Of a stretch of DNA of 42,740 nucleotides, positions 17,672-25,948 are shown piece by piece; the stretch's first letter is position 1, and each line of letters opens with the position of its first letter. The notes beneath the pieces were generated by a model. That model was not told the DNA's origin. It saw only the letters and a program-made list of their open reading frames with translations, and ran no database searches. Position numbers and translations under genes: made by a program. The DNA is taken from positions 27,016 to 69,755 of the forward strand of contig DLYT01000021.1 of the NCBI GenBank assembly GCA_003447595.1, read 5' to 3'. The DNA is from Porphyromonadaceae bacterium (GTDB lineage: Bacteria > Bacteroidota > Bacteroidia > Bacteroidales > CAMTPD01).

Positions 17672-20113
17672 ATGAAATACCTTGTAATCGGAGGTGTAGC
17701 CGGCGGAGCAACCGTAGCTGCACGATTGAGAAGACTCGATGAGAAAGCAGAGATCATACTTTTCGAACGCGGCGAGTACGTATCGTATGCCAACTGTGGC
17801 CTACCCTATTATATTGGAGATGTAATCAAAGATCGCGACAAACTATTTGTGCAAACCGTGCAAGGATTTGTAAATCGCTTTGCAATAGACATACGTCCGC
17901 AACAAGAAGTACTGGCCATCGAGCCCGAGCTAAAACGTGTACTCATCCAAAACTTAAGAACAAAAGAAACCTATTACGAAACATACGACAAACTAGTGCT
18001 TTCACCAGGAGCCGAGCCCCTTCGTCCTAATATTGAAGGTATTCAACAGAGCAATATCTTCACACTTCGCAATGTACCGGATACAGACAAAATCAAACAA
18101 TATACAATTGACAAAAAACCTCGTCGTGCGGTAGTTGTAGGTGGTGGATTTATCGGACTCGAGATGGCAGAAAACCTACAAGAACTTGGCATTGAAGTAT
18201 GTGTAATTGAGATGGCTAATCAAGTAATGGCACCACTCGACTACTCAATGGCAGCAAATGTACACAAGCATCTCAAAGACAAAGGTGTTGGTTTGATTCT
18301 TGGAGACGGAGTTGATCGTTTCGAGGCATTAAGTCAGACCACAACTCGTATTCATCTTAAAAGCGGAAAAACAATCGATACCGATCTCACCATTCTCAGC
18401 ATCGGTGTACGCCCCGAAACAAAGTTGGCACGTGAGGCTGGTCTAAAGATCGGAGTAACCGGAGGTATTGAAGTAAACAATCACCTTCAAACATCAGACA
18501 ATGACATTTACGCACTTGGTGATGCTATCGAAGTAGAAAGTCCGATTACAGGCCGCAAAACAATTATTCCACTTGCCGGCCCTGCAAACAAACAAGGTCG
18601 CATCGTTGCAAATAACATCGTATTAGGCAACAAGTATAAATACGATGGAACCATTGGTACGTCGATTGCAAAAATATTCGACCTCACCGTTGCGGCAACC
18701 GGAATAGCAGCGAAAGTTTTGCTTCGCGAAAACATCCCTTATATCTCGTCACACACGCATTCGGCTTCCCATGCAGGATATTATCCGGGTGCTGTACAAA
18801 TGCAAATTAAAATCATTTTCTCTCCGGAAGACGGACGACTTTACGGTGCACAGATTGTAGGATATAGCGGTGTAGACAAACGTATCGAAATGATTGCCGG
18901 AGTAATCAAGAACAAGGGTTCTATCTATGACTTAATGGAGCTCGAACAAGCATACGCTCCTCCATTCTCTTCAGCTAAAGACCCTGTGAATATGGCCGGA
19001 TTTGTTGCCGATAATATCCTTAGCGGCAAAGTAAAAGTCATTCAATGGAATCAGGTAAACGAAGCAAAGAAACAAGGAGCTCTATTTTTGGATGTTCGTA
19101 CCAAAGAAGAGTTTGAACTCGGTCACATCGAAGGTGCTATCAACATTCCGGTAGACAACTTGAGAAACTCACTGCAAACACTCAATCCAAAACAAGACAT
19201 CATCGTATATTGCGCCATTGGTCTTCGCGGCTATTTGGCATACCGCATCTTGGAACAAAACGGATTCACCGCAATCCGCAACCTTTCGGGAGGATACAAA
19301 ACATACAGTGTAGCATCGGGAGAACAATCAAACCCTATTGAATTCTCAGAAACAAATATCAACTCAAACGATGAAATCACCGATTACAAACCCGAAATCT
19401 TACAAGTAGATGCGTGTGGACTACAATGCCCCGGCCCTATTGTAAAGCTAAAAAAGCATTATTCGGAAGCAAACAATGGTGAGCATATACGTATCTCGGC
19501 TACCGATCCGGGATTTGCTAAAGATGTAGCCTCATGGTGTAACATCACCGGAGCCCGATTGGTCGAAGTAAAGAATAACAATGGAATTATCAATGCCACT
19601 ATTGAAAAACAAGAAAATAAATCGTGTAAGATGCTAAGTAACGGCGACAATAAAACACTGATCGTATTTAGCGATGACCTCGACAAGGCGTTAGCTTCAT
19701 TCGTTATCGCAAACGGAGCGGCGGCTACCGGCAAAAAAGTAACCATGTTCTTTACCTTCTGGGGACTAAACGTGATCAAGAAGCCGAACGCTCCAAAAGT
19801 ACATAAAGACATTTTCGGCCGAATGTTTGGAATGATGCTTCCTAAAAGCAGTCTGAAACTCAAGCTTTCGAAAATGAACATGGGTGGTATCGGATCTAAA
19901 ATGATGCGTTACATCATGAAAGATAAAAAGATCGACAGCCTCGAATCCTTAATCGTCCAGGCAGCAGAGAGTGGTGTAGAAATGATTGCCTGCACCATGT
20001 CGATGGACGTAATGGGTGTGAAACAAGAAGAACTATTCGACCAAGTAACTTTAGGAGGCGTTGCCACTTATCTCGAAAGAGCTGAAGACGCCAACGTAAA
20101 TCTATTTATATAA
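17672..20113 (+). CDS. CoA-disulfide/persulfide reductase-like flavoprotein fused to rhodanese, TusA-like and DsrE-like domains
   Basis: FAD Rossmann GGVAGG. Redox Cys42 in SYANCGLPYY (TGT at 17795-17797). NAD(P)H Rossmann VVGGGFIGLE. Rhodanese loop VYCAIGLRG. TusA motif CGLQCPGP. C-terminal DsrE/DsrF-like domain of about 160 aa (LIVFSDDLDKALASFVIANGAAATG...ACTMSMDVMG). Confidence 0.85.
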   Translation: MKYLVIGGVAGGATVAARLRRLDEKAEIILFERGEYVSYANCGLPYYIGDVIKDRDKLFVQTVQGFVNRFAIDIRPQQEVLAIEPELKRVLIQNLRTKETYYETYDKLVLSPGAEPLRPNIEGIQQSNIFTLRNVPDTDKIKQYTIDKKPRRAVVVGGGFIGLEMAENLQELGIEVCVIEMANQVMAPLDYSMAANVHKHLKDKGVGLILGDGVDRFEALSQTTTRIHLKSGKTIDTDLTILSIGVRPETKLAREAGLKIGVTGGIEVNNHLQTSDNDIYALGDAIEVESPITGRKTIIPLAGPANKQGRIVANNIVLGNKYKYDGTIGTSIAKIFDLTVAATGIAAKVLLRENIPYISSHTHSASHAGYYPGAVQMQIKIIFSPEDGRLYGAQIVGYSGVDKRIEMIAGVIKNKGSIYDLMELEQAYAPPFSSAKDPVNMAGFVADNILSGKVKVIQWNQVNEAKKQGALFLDVRTKEEFELGHIEGAINIPVDNLRNSLQTLNPKQDIIVYCAIGLRGYLAYRILEQNGFTAIRNLSGGYKTYSVASGEQSNPIEFSETNINSNDEITDYKPEILQVDACGLQCPGPIVKLKKHYSEANNGEHIRISATDPGFAKDVASWCNITGARLVEVKNNNGIINATIEKQENKSCKMLSNGDNKTLIVFSDDLDKALASFVIANGAAATGKKVTMFFTFWGLNVIKKPNAPKVHKDIFGRMFGMMLPKSSLKLKLSKMNMGGIGSKMMRYIMKDKKIDSLESLIVQAAESGVEMIACTMSMDVMGVKQEELFDQVTLGGVATYLERAEDANVNLFI

Positions 20114-20126
20114 TCACATTTGCACA

Positions 20127-20161
20127 CAAGGGGCTACCTACAATATGTAGGCGGCCCCTTG
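20127..20161 (+). terminator. intrinsic terminator after the CoADR fusion gene
   Basis: caaggggc...gccccttg outer stem plus inner cctac/gtagg pairing. Confidence 0.65.
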
Positions 20162-20215
20162 CTATATTTCTTAAAATAATCTAGATTTCAAGTCTAAAAG
20201 AATCCATAGTTGTGT

Positions 20216-20223
20216 TAACTTTG
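20216..20223 (+). promoter_or_regulatory. -7 box TAacTTTG upstream of the AsmA-like gene
   Basis: Exact match, 29 nt before the ATG at 20252. Confidence 0.45.
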
Positions 20224-20251
20224 AAACCGAAAAACAATCTACTGAATATCC

Positions 20252-23200
20252 ATGCACTTCAACCTAAGCAAGAAGAGACTTATACGAATACTTTCTGTTA
20301 TTGGCATTCTATTTGCCCTTCAGATGTTTACTTATTTTTTACTTACTGTTGTAATCTATCCATCGGAAAAGCTAACACCGCTACTTGTAAAAAAAGCGAA
20401 TACATATCTAGATGCTGATGTCGATTGCAAACAAGTGAAGTTTACTTTTTTGCAAACGTTTCCTCACTTCGGACTATCTCTTCGCGAGGGGATTATCACA
20501 ACTCGTGATTCGGCAACCTTCACCAACGATACCATTTTGGCTTTCGATCAATGCATTGTTTCTCTCAACACGCTCGATTTATTGTTGCGTGGTCGCATCA
20601 TGCTCAACGAGGTATCTATACTCACTCCGAAGATCAACTTAGAAGTAGATAAAGCAGGTGCTGCCAATTGGCTTTTTATCGAGAGCGACACAACAACCGT
20701 AAGCTCCGACTCAGACTTTATACCCGACATCGCCGCACGAAAAATACGAATCAAAGACGGATCATTTCACTTTATTGATGCCGTAAACCGATTGGATTTA
20801 GCCATGGACGGCTTCAACTTTATCGTAGATGGCCTTATTGAAAAAGGAACCAACAGACTAAACCTTGAAGCCGGAGCCGATAACATCTTTATTGAAGCTC
20901 CTGACATGTCGATACGTAACCACCTTCATTGGAATCTCGAAAGCGAATTGGTGCTTGCAAATCATTACCGAAAGATTACGCTTACCGATACAAAACTACT
21001 TGTGAATGCTTTGCCATTCAGCCTAAACGCGACATTAGAACGTATCGAAAACACACGCATATTCAATAGTGCTATTGACTTTGGCATTACGACACCTAGT
21101 ATTTCTTCATTGATCGAACTACTCCCCGATTCGATTATTCCGTTTGTAAACCGAAAATCGATTCAAGGAGAACTACATATCGATGGCAGTTGGTCAGGCA
21201 AACTCGGAGAAGGTATCTTACCATGCCTCAAAACGAATGTAAACTTGCAAAACGTAGGTTTCACATTCGACAACGGATACAAAATCAACAAGCTAGCCCT
21301 TAAAAGCCTGCTACACATTGATCCTCAAAATACAGAACCGTCATTCTTCAAAATAGAAGAACTCTCTGTAAAAGGAAACGATATCTCAATCGACATGCAA
21401 GGTGAGATTGCAGACTTAATCACCGAACCATCTTTCGATGGCGGATTAAAAGGCAATATCAACTTTACAGAATTGGCCAAAGCCTTCGAACTACCCGACT
21501 CTATATTTACAATGGGGGGAACGATCAATGCCAATCTTACCACTCAGTTTGCAGCTTCGGATATACAAACCGGCAACTTTGGTCGCATCAAAGCCAATGG
21601 TGCAATATCGATCAAAGACTTTGTACTTGAAGTACCACAAGACTCGATCGACGTATATATTTCCTCTTCCGAGGCAGTGCTACGCTCGCAGGTGAGAAAC
21701 CAAGACCTTACCACCAAGTCGGGACTGCTGAGTGGAAATCTCTCGATTGATAGTCTCAACCTCAATTGGGGACATGCCATAAACACCAACATTGCCAACA
21801 TGCAACTTGAAATGCAGGCACCTCCTACCCTCGACACAACATCCGTGATCCCAATAAGAACACTGGTAAGTTACGAGCACCTGGAAACGACTTTACCCGA
21901 TTCGGCATGGGTAAAAACCGGACGTTCTACACTTGAGTTGAAGATACAACCCTCGCCTAAAAACAAGAAAATACCTGTAATCACAGGTCTGCTAAATAGC
22001 AACGACTTCATATATCGCATACGACCTATCAATACGGTATTCGCGCTCAAGCATAGTACGTTTAATATCACTGCGTCTCATCAAGAATGGCTCTTTAAGC
22101 AAGCCGAACGTAAGATCACATTATCTGATTCGGCAAGAAAAGTGATGATTGATTCGCTTGCGAAACAAAACAAAGGACTTCTTGCCGATAAAGACGCGGC
22201 GCGTATGCTTCGTAGATGGGATGTACGAGGAAGTGTACATTTTGACACCCTCAAAGCCTATTCGGCATACTTCCCTACATTGATTTCGATGGATAAAACT
22301 GCTATTAAGTTCAATCCCGACGAGATTAATCTGGATAAAGCAAAAGTAATGATTGGCTCCAGCGACTTAACGCTCACCGGCGACATTCACAGCATTCGCA
22401 AAGCCTTGCTACGAGGAGGAGTGATTACGGGCGATTTGAAAGTTACGTCAGACTTTATCGATTGCAACGAACTCATCCGCATTATTAATCGCGGACTAAT
22501 TTATGCTGAAGATAAGGCCTTGCCAAAGACAGATCCCGGATTATTAGACGCCGAATCGACCGTACAATTAGCACGCTCGCTTCCTACATCTGCCGAGGTA
22601 GATTCTACAACATCAGAGTTACTCGTGATCCCGGACTATCTCGATATAAAACTACTTACCAAAGCGAAGCGCATCGAGTTTAGCGACCTTCTTCTCGATA
22701 ATGTGGAAGGACTTATTACAATCAAAGATGAAGCTGTTCATTTGAACAACCTCAATATGCATTCGAATATGGGATGTGCTCAGTTATCGATGGTGTATAC
22801 CTGCAACAATCGCTTGTCGGCAACAACAGGCTTTGATCTTACGATGGAGGATGTAGTCGTAGATAAACTGCTGGGGCTATACCCAACGATCGACACATTG
22901 ATCCCAATGCTTCGTTCCTTTGAAGGAATGCTCAACTGTAGTGTTGCGGCGCAAGCAAAACTCGATTCTACCATGAGTATCGAGCTACCCTCGCTCAACG
23001 CAGCTTGCAGCCTTTCGGGACGAAACTTGGTACTTCTCGATGGTGAAGCATTTGCTGAGATCTCGAAGAAGCTGATGTTTAAAAACAAAAAGCGCAACGT
23101 TATCGACAGCATGTATGTAGATTTGATTATCAAAGACAACCAGATCGAGGTATTTCCCTTCTTGCTCGAAATGGATAGATACAAAGCTGCTGTTGGTGGT

Positions 23201-23521
23201 ACACACAATCTTGATATGACATTCAATTATCACATCTCGGTATTGAAGTCGCCTGTTCCGTTCAAACTAGGAATCGACGTATCAGGAAACATGGATGATT
23301 TTAAATACAAAATCACATCACCTAAGTACAAAGACCTTTTCAAGCCATCGAAAAAAGGAGAATTCTCGCAAGCACCAATCAACCTTCGTCAATCGTTTTA
23401 CGAAGCCTTGCGAGAAAGTCTCAACGTGGCCTCGAAGCCTTTTGTTGACAAAATAGGGACCGATCATACTGACAGTAAAAAGGCTCCTCCTTCGACAAAC
23501 AAGAATGATTCTATCCAATAA
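20252..23521 (+). CDS. AsmA-family / TamB-like large envelope protein
   Basis: 1089 aa with a single N-terminal TM anchor (ILSVIGILFALQMFTYFLLTVVIY), then a long low-complexity-free beta-rich sequence typical of AsmA-like proteins. Assigned on architecture only. Confidence 0.6.
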   Translation: MHFNLSKKRLIRILSVIGILFALQMFTYFLLTVVIYPSEKLTPLLVKKANTYLDADVDCKQVKFTFLQTFPHFGLSLREGIITTRDSATFTNDTILAFDQCIVSLNTLDLLLRGRIMLNEVSILTPKINLEVDKAGAANWLFIESDTTTVSSDSDFIPDIAARKIRIKDGSFHFIDAVNRLDLAMDGFNFIVDGLIEKGTNRLNLEAGADNIFIEAPDMSIRNHLHWNLESELVLANHYRKITLTDTKLLVNALPFSLNATLERIENTRIFNSAIDFGITTPSISSLIELLPDSIIPFVNRKSIQGELHIDGSWSGKLGEGILPCLKTNVNLQNVGFTFDNGYKINKLALKSLLHIDPQNTEPSFFKIEELSVKGNDISIDMQGEIADLITEPSFDGGLKGNINFTELAKAFELPDSIFTMGGTINANLTTQFAASDIQTGNFGRIKANGAISIKDFVLEVPQDSIDVYISSSEAVLRSQVRNQDLTTKSGLLSGNLSIDSLNLNWGHAINTNIANMQLEMQAPPTLDTTSVIPIRTLVSYEHLETTLPDSAWVKTGRSTLELKIQPSPKNKKIPVITGLLNSNDFIYRIRPINTVFALKHSTFNITASHQEWLFKQAERKITLSDSARKVMIDSLAKQNKGLLADKDAARMLRRWDVRGSVHFDTLKAYSAYFPTLISMDKTAIKFNPDEINLDKAKVMIGSSDLTLTGDIHSIRKALLRGGVITGDLKVTSDFIDCNELIRIINRGLIYAEDKALPKTDPGLLDAESTVQLARSLPTSAEVDSTTSELLVIPDYLDIKLLTKAKRIEFSDLLLDNVEGLITIKDEAVHLNNLNMHSNMGCAQLSMVYTCNNRLSATTGFDLTMEDVVVDKLLGLYPTIDTLIPMLRSFEGMLNCSVAAQAKLDSTMSIELPSLNAACSLSGRNLVLLDGEAFAEISKKLMFKNKKRNVIDSMYVDLIIKDNQIEVFPFLLEMDRYKAAVGGTHNLDMTFNYHISVLKSPVPFKLGIDVSGNMDDFKYKITSPKYKDLFKPSKKGEFSQAPINLRQSFYEALRESLNVASKPFVDKIGTDHTDSKKAPPSTNKNDSIQ

Positions 23522-23533
23522 TGGTTATACTAC

Positions 23534-23588
23534 AGGCCTTATTCTTATTGTATAATTTGATTATATAATAAAAATAAGGCCTTTTCTC
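23534..23588 (+). terminator. intrinsic terminator after the AsmA-like gene
   Basis: aggccttatt-N29-aataaggcct followed by tttctc. The AT-rich loop can pair internally. Confidence 0.6.
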
Positions 23589-23911
23589 TGTCACAATGGA
23601 TCAATAGATAAAAAATGACATCCAATTCATACAGATTGCATGCATTTATGATAAAATAAAATATAGCAAACTGTATAGTTTATAAGGCTTTTTGATAACG
23701 TCCACAATACATGCTTATTGACAAGTGTATTTTAACTAAGCAAAAAGTAGTTATTACATTGCCATAGCTTTTATCTAAGACTTCCTGAAGTTTGCCACAT
23801 TCCTTCCAACGCAAATTACCTAGCAATAGTGCAGCTACATTCGATTGAGCCAGACTTAAGCAAACTCTCGCACTCTATTTAAGCTGTATAATTCAATTAA
23901 AAACGCAGAAA

Positions 23912-24132
23912 AGTTTTCAAGGAAGACGTAAAAAGTTTTCCTCGAAGACTGTTTTGCGTATTCACTATAATTATTTATAGTCTTCATGGAAAACTAAAAT
24001 GGTCTCCACGAAGACTTTTTAAACTCTTCGTGAAAACCATATTTAGTTCTCTCAAGAACCTTGTTTACTTTTTGCAAGAACCTTATTTGGTTCTTATCAA
24101 AAGCATACATGGTTTTTATTTGAGAATTCGAT
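23912..24132. repeat. 22-bp phased array of imperfect palindromes, locus B (10 units)
   Basis: Ten consecutive 22-nt units with one 1-nt slip at 23978. Core is GTTyTy-N3-rAArAC plus an A/T-rich linker. Units are listed in the findings. Confidence 0.85.
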
Positions 24133-24190
24133 ATATTGGGAAAGTAACAAAGTCCTTTAGCATGCTATCTCGCAGGGTTATTGTAAAATC

Positions 24191-24961
24191 CTATAAAATC
24201 CCTTTTCGAAGCGCATAGTATACGGCTTGTGGCATACTATAAACCGATAGCTTTTCCATGATATTTTTCTTATAGTATTTGACCATATTTACATCCATGC
24301 TCAACTTCTTTGCGATACTTTGCTCTCGTATTCCTTTTGCAACCATAGTCAGAATTTCGTATTCCATAGGTTTTAGAATGATCTTCTCTTCGAGAACCAG
24401 TTTATCTGCCCGAGGCACATAAATGTACCGGGCATTTTCTTTGACCAGAAATGCTTGAAACACATTTTGCCTAAACACCTTCAACTCTTTAATATATACC
24501 ATTGAGAAAACGGATCTACCATCACGCATTGCCATCGGATACATGTTGCATTCGAACGGAACTACAGATCCGTTTTTACGAATAAGACGCATCGTGAAAT
24601 TGATCGCCATATAAGGCATCTTACCCTGCTTGCAATGTTTTACAATAACCGGCTCGAGGTAATGATTCATTTTGCCATAAAATGCACGATCATCGGGATG
24701 CGTAATTTTGCTCAGCAACACGTCACTACCTTCTTCAAAGTCTTGTTTGGTATAATCGAGTTTCTCGAGCATCTGCCTCGATATAAATAAAGGAATCGAT
24801 TGCGACAAGCTGACAATAAAAGACGACTGATCTCTGGATGCGGTATAGATCTGCCCTCTGCGAATCAATTCACTCAAGTGCCACACCCACATGTCATCGG
24901 ATAGATGCTCAAAGATTTGGTCTTTAGGATAATCAGATAAAGACGGGTATATATAATCCAT
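24191..24961 (-). CDS. LuxR/GerE-type HTH regulator with PAS-like N-terminal domain (module 1, type A)
   Basis: C-terminal LKPMEYEILTMVAKGIREQSIAKKLSMDVNMVKYYKKNIMEKLSV fits the LuxR HTH. The N-domain has the PAS hallmark PLFISRQMLEKLDYTKQDF....ITHPDD. It starts 14 nt after the stop of the type-B gene. Confidence 0.75.
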   Translation of the reverse strand: MDYIYPSLSDYPKDQIFEHLSDDMWVWHLSELIRRGQIYTASRDQSSFIVSLSQSIPLFISRQMLEKLDYTKQDFEEGSDVLLSKITHPDDRAFYGKMNHYLEPVIVKHCKQGKMPYMAINFTMRLIRKNGSVVPFECNMYPMAMRDGRSVFSMVYIKELKVFRQNVFQAFLVKENARYIYVPRADKLVLEEKIILKPMEYEILTMVAKGIREQSIAKKLSMDVNMVKYYKKNIMEKLSVYSMPQAVYYALRKGIL

Positions 24962-24975
24962 AAGTAATTGCGTTA

Positions 24976-25719
24976 TTATAAAAGTCCTTGCTTATAAGCA
25001 ACAAAGATTGCTTCGGAAATGGAACGAACTTTCAATTTCTCAAAAAGTCCTGTTTTGCATCGCTTTAAGTTTGCCAACGACATATCAAGAGCTTCTGATA
25101 TCAATTGCTCTTTTTCGCCTAACCCCGAACGCCGCAATATCTCGAGTTCATTGGCTGTAAGCAACGTTCGCTCTTCGTTGATAAAACGCCCGGATGTAGT
25201 ACAATAAACGTGTACTTGATTCTCTTTGATCCGATGCAATTTAAGTTTAGGCTTACCAATGTGCTTCGACGGCTCAAAGATGCAAAGCGTGATATGAAGT
25301 TTCTTTTCGTGGGTATAGAGATACGGAAGGATTTTTAGCCTCAACGATGTAGGTTGCTCTTCTTCCTTACCCAAAAGCAGATCTATCGTAAAATAGATTG
25401 TCTTATCTTGCTCCTTCGATTTCTCGACAAAGCTTTTATTTATGAGTTCAAAGTATTTGTTCAAAACAAGATCGTGCTCTGTTGTTTTGAACAGTTCTAA
25501 AGCTTCTTTGCTTATTTTATTATGATCAGATCCGATTAAATGAAATAATGAAGAGTCATAATTAAACACATGCATCTGTTGTGATCGATGATCAAGCAAT
25601 AGCTTCGATACTTGGTCTACACAGCTCAATGCTTCTAAGTTTGTCAATAACACCTCAATATCGGTATCTGGTATTGTTTTGAATTTCTGCTTAGCTATAA
25701 ATAGTTTCTCAAAAATCAT
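24976..25719 (-). CDS. LuxR/GerE-type HTH regulator with unassigned N-terminal domain (module 1, type B)
   Basis: C-terminal LTANELEILRRSGLGEKEQLISEALDMSLANLKRCKTGLFEKLKV fits the LuxR HTH. I do not recognise the N-terminal domain of about 180 aa. Confidence 0.7.
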   Translation of the reverse strand: MIFEKLFIAKQKFKTIPDTDIEVLLTNLEALSCVDQVSKLLLDHRSQQMHVFNYDSSLFHLIGSDHNKISKEALELFKTTEHDLVLNKYFELINKSFVEKSKEQDKTIYFTIDLLLGKEEEQPTSLRLKILPYLYTHEKKLHITLCIFEPSKHIGKPKLKLHRIKENQVHVYCTTSGRFINEERTLLTANELEILRRSGLGEKEQLISEALDMSLANLKRCKTGLFEKLKVRSISEAIFVAYKQGLL

Positions 25720-25851
25720 TCTTCGTTTTTTTATCCCGATGAAGCAACATCATCGATTTCTTATTTAAAATCACATATACAATTGGCCTTTTTTTACCCT
25801 TTATCCAACACATAATAAATCAATGTAATTAGATAAGTATATGGATATCGA

Positions 25852-25859
25852 CAAAACTA
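25852..25859 (-). promoter_or_regulatory. -7 box (TAgtTTTG, minus strand) for LuxR module 1
   Basis: The plus strand reads CAAAACTA. The surrounding sequence gacaaaactagcaaacttctatttaaaa is homologous to gtcaaagctaaaaaactcaaattaaaaaa in front of module 2. Confidence 0.45.
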
Positions 25860-25948
25860 GCAAACTTCTATTTAAAATATCGTTTTTTTTTCCATGTATT
25901 CATCCTCATCATAAAGCCATCAACTGTAAATATTACCTAAAAAATATC

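Noticed and set aside
23690-23890. Possible decayed third type-B LuxR gene on the minus strand. Translations give ALEGMWQTSGSLR in one frame and ...ALLLGNLRWKECGKLQEVLDKS... in another, vaguely like ALELTLGSLKRIKAGIFEKLKV.
   Set aside because: The similarity is only a few residues and appears in two different frames. There is no start codon and stops interrupt both frames. I cannot distinguish it from chance without a profile search such as tblastn with B1 and B2.
24030-24218. 62-aa + strand ORF (GTG start) inside the gene-free spacer
   Set aside because: It is composed almost entirely of the 22-bp repeat units, which explains the absence of stops. It has no promoter box and runs into the 3' end of the convergent LuxR gene.
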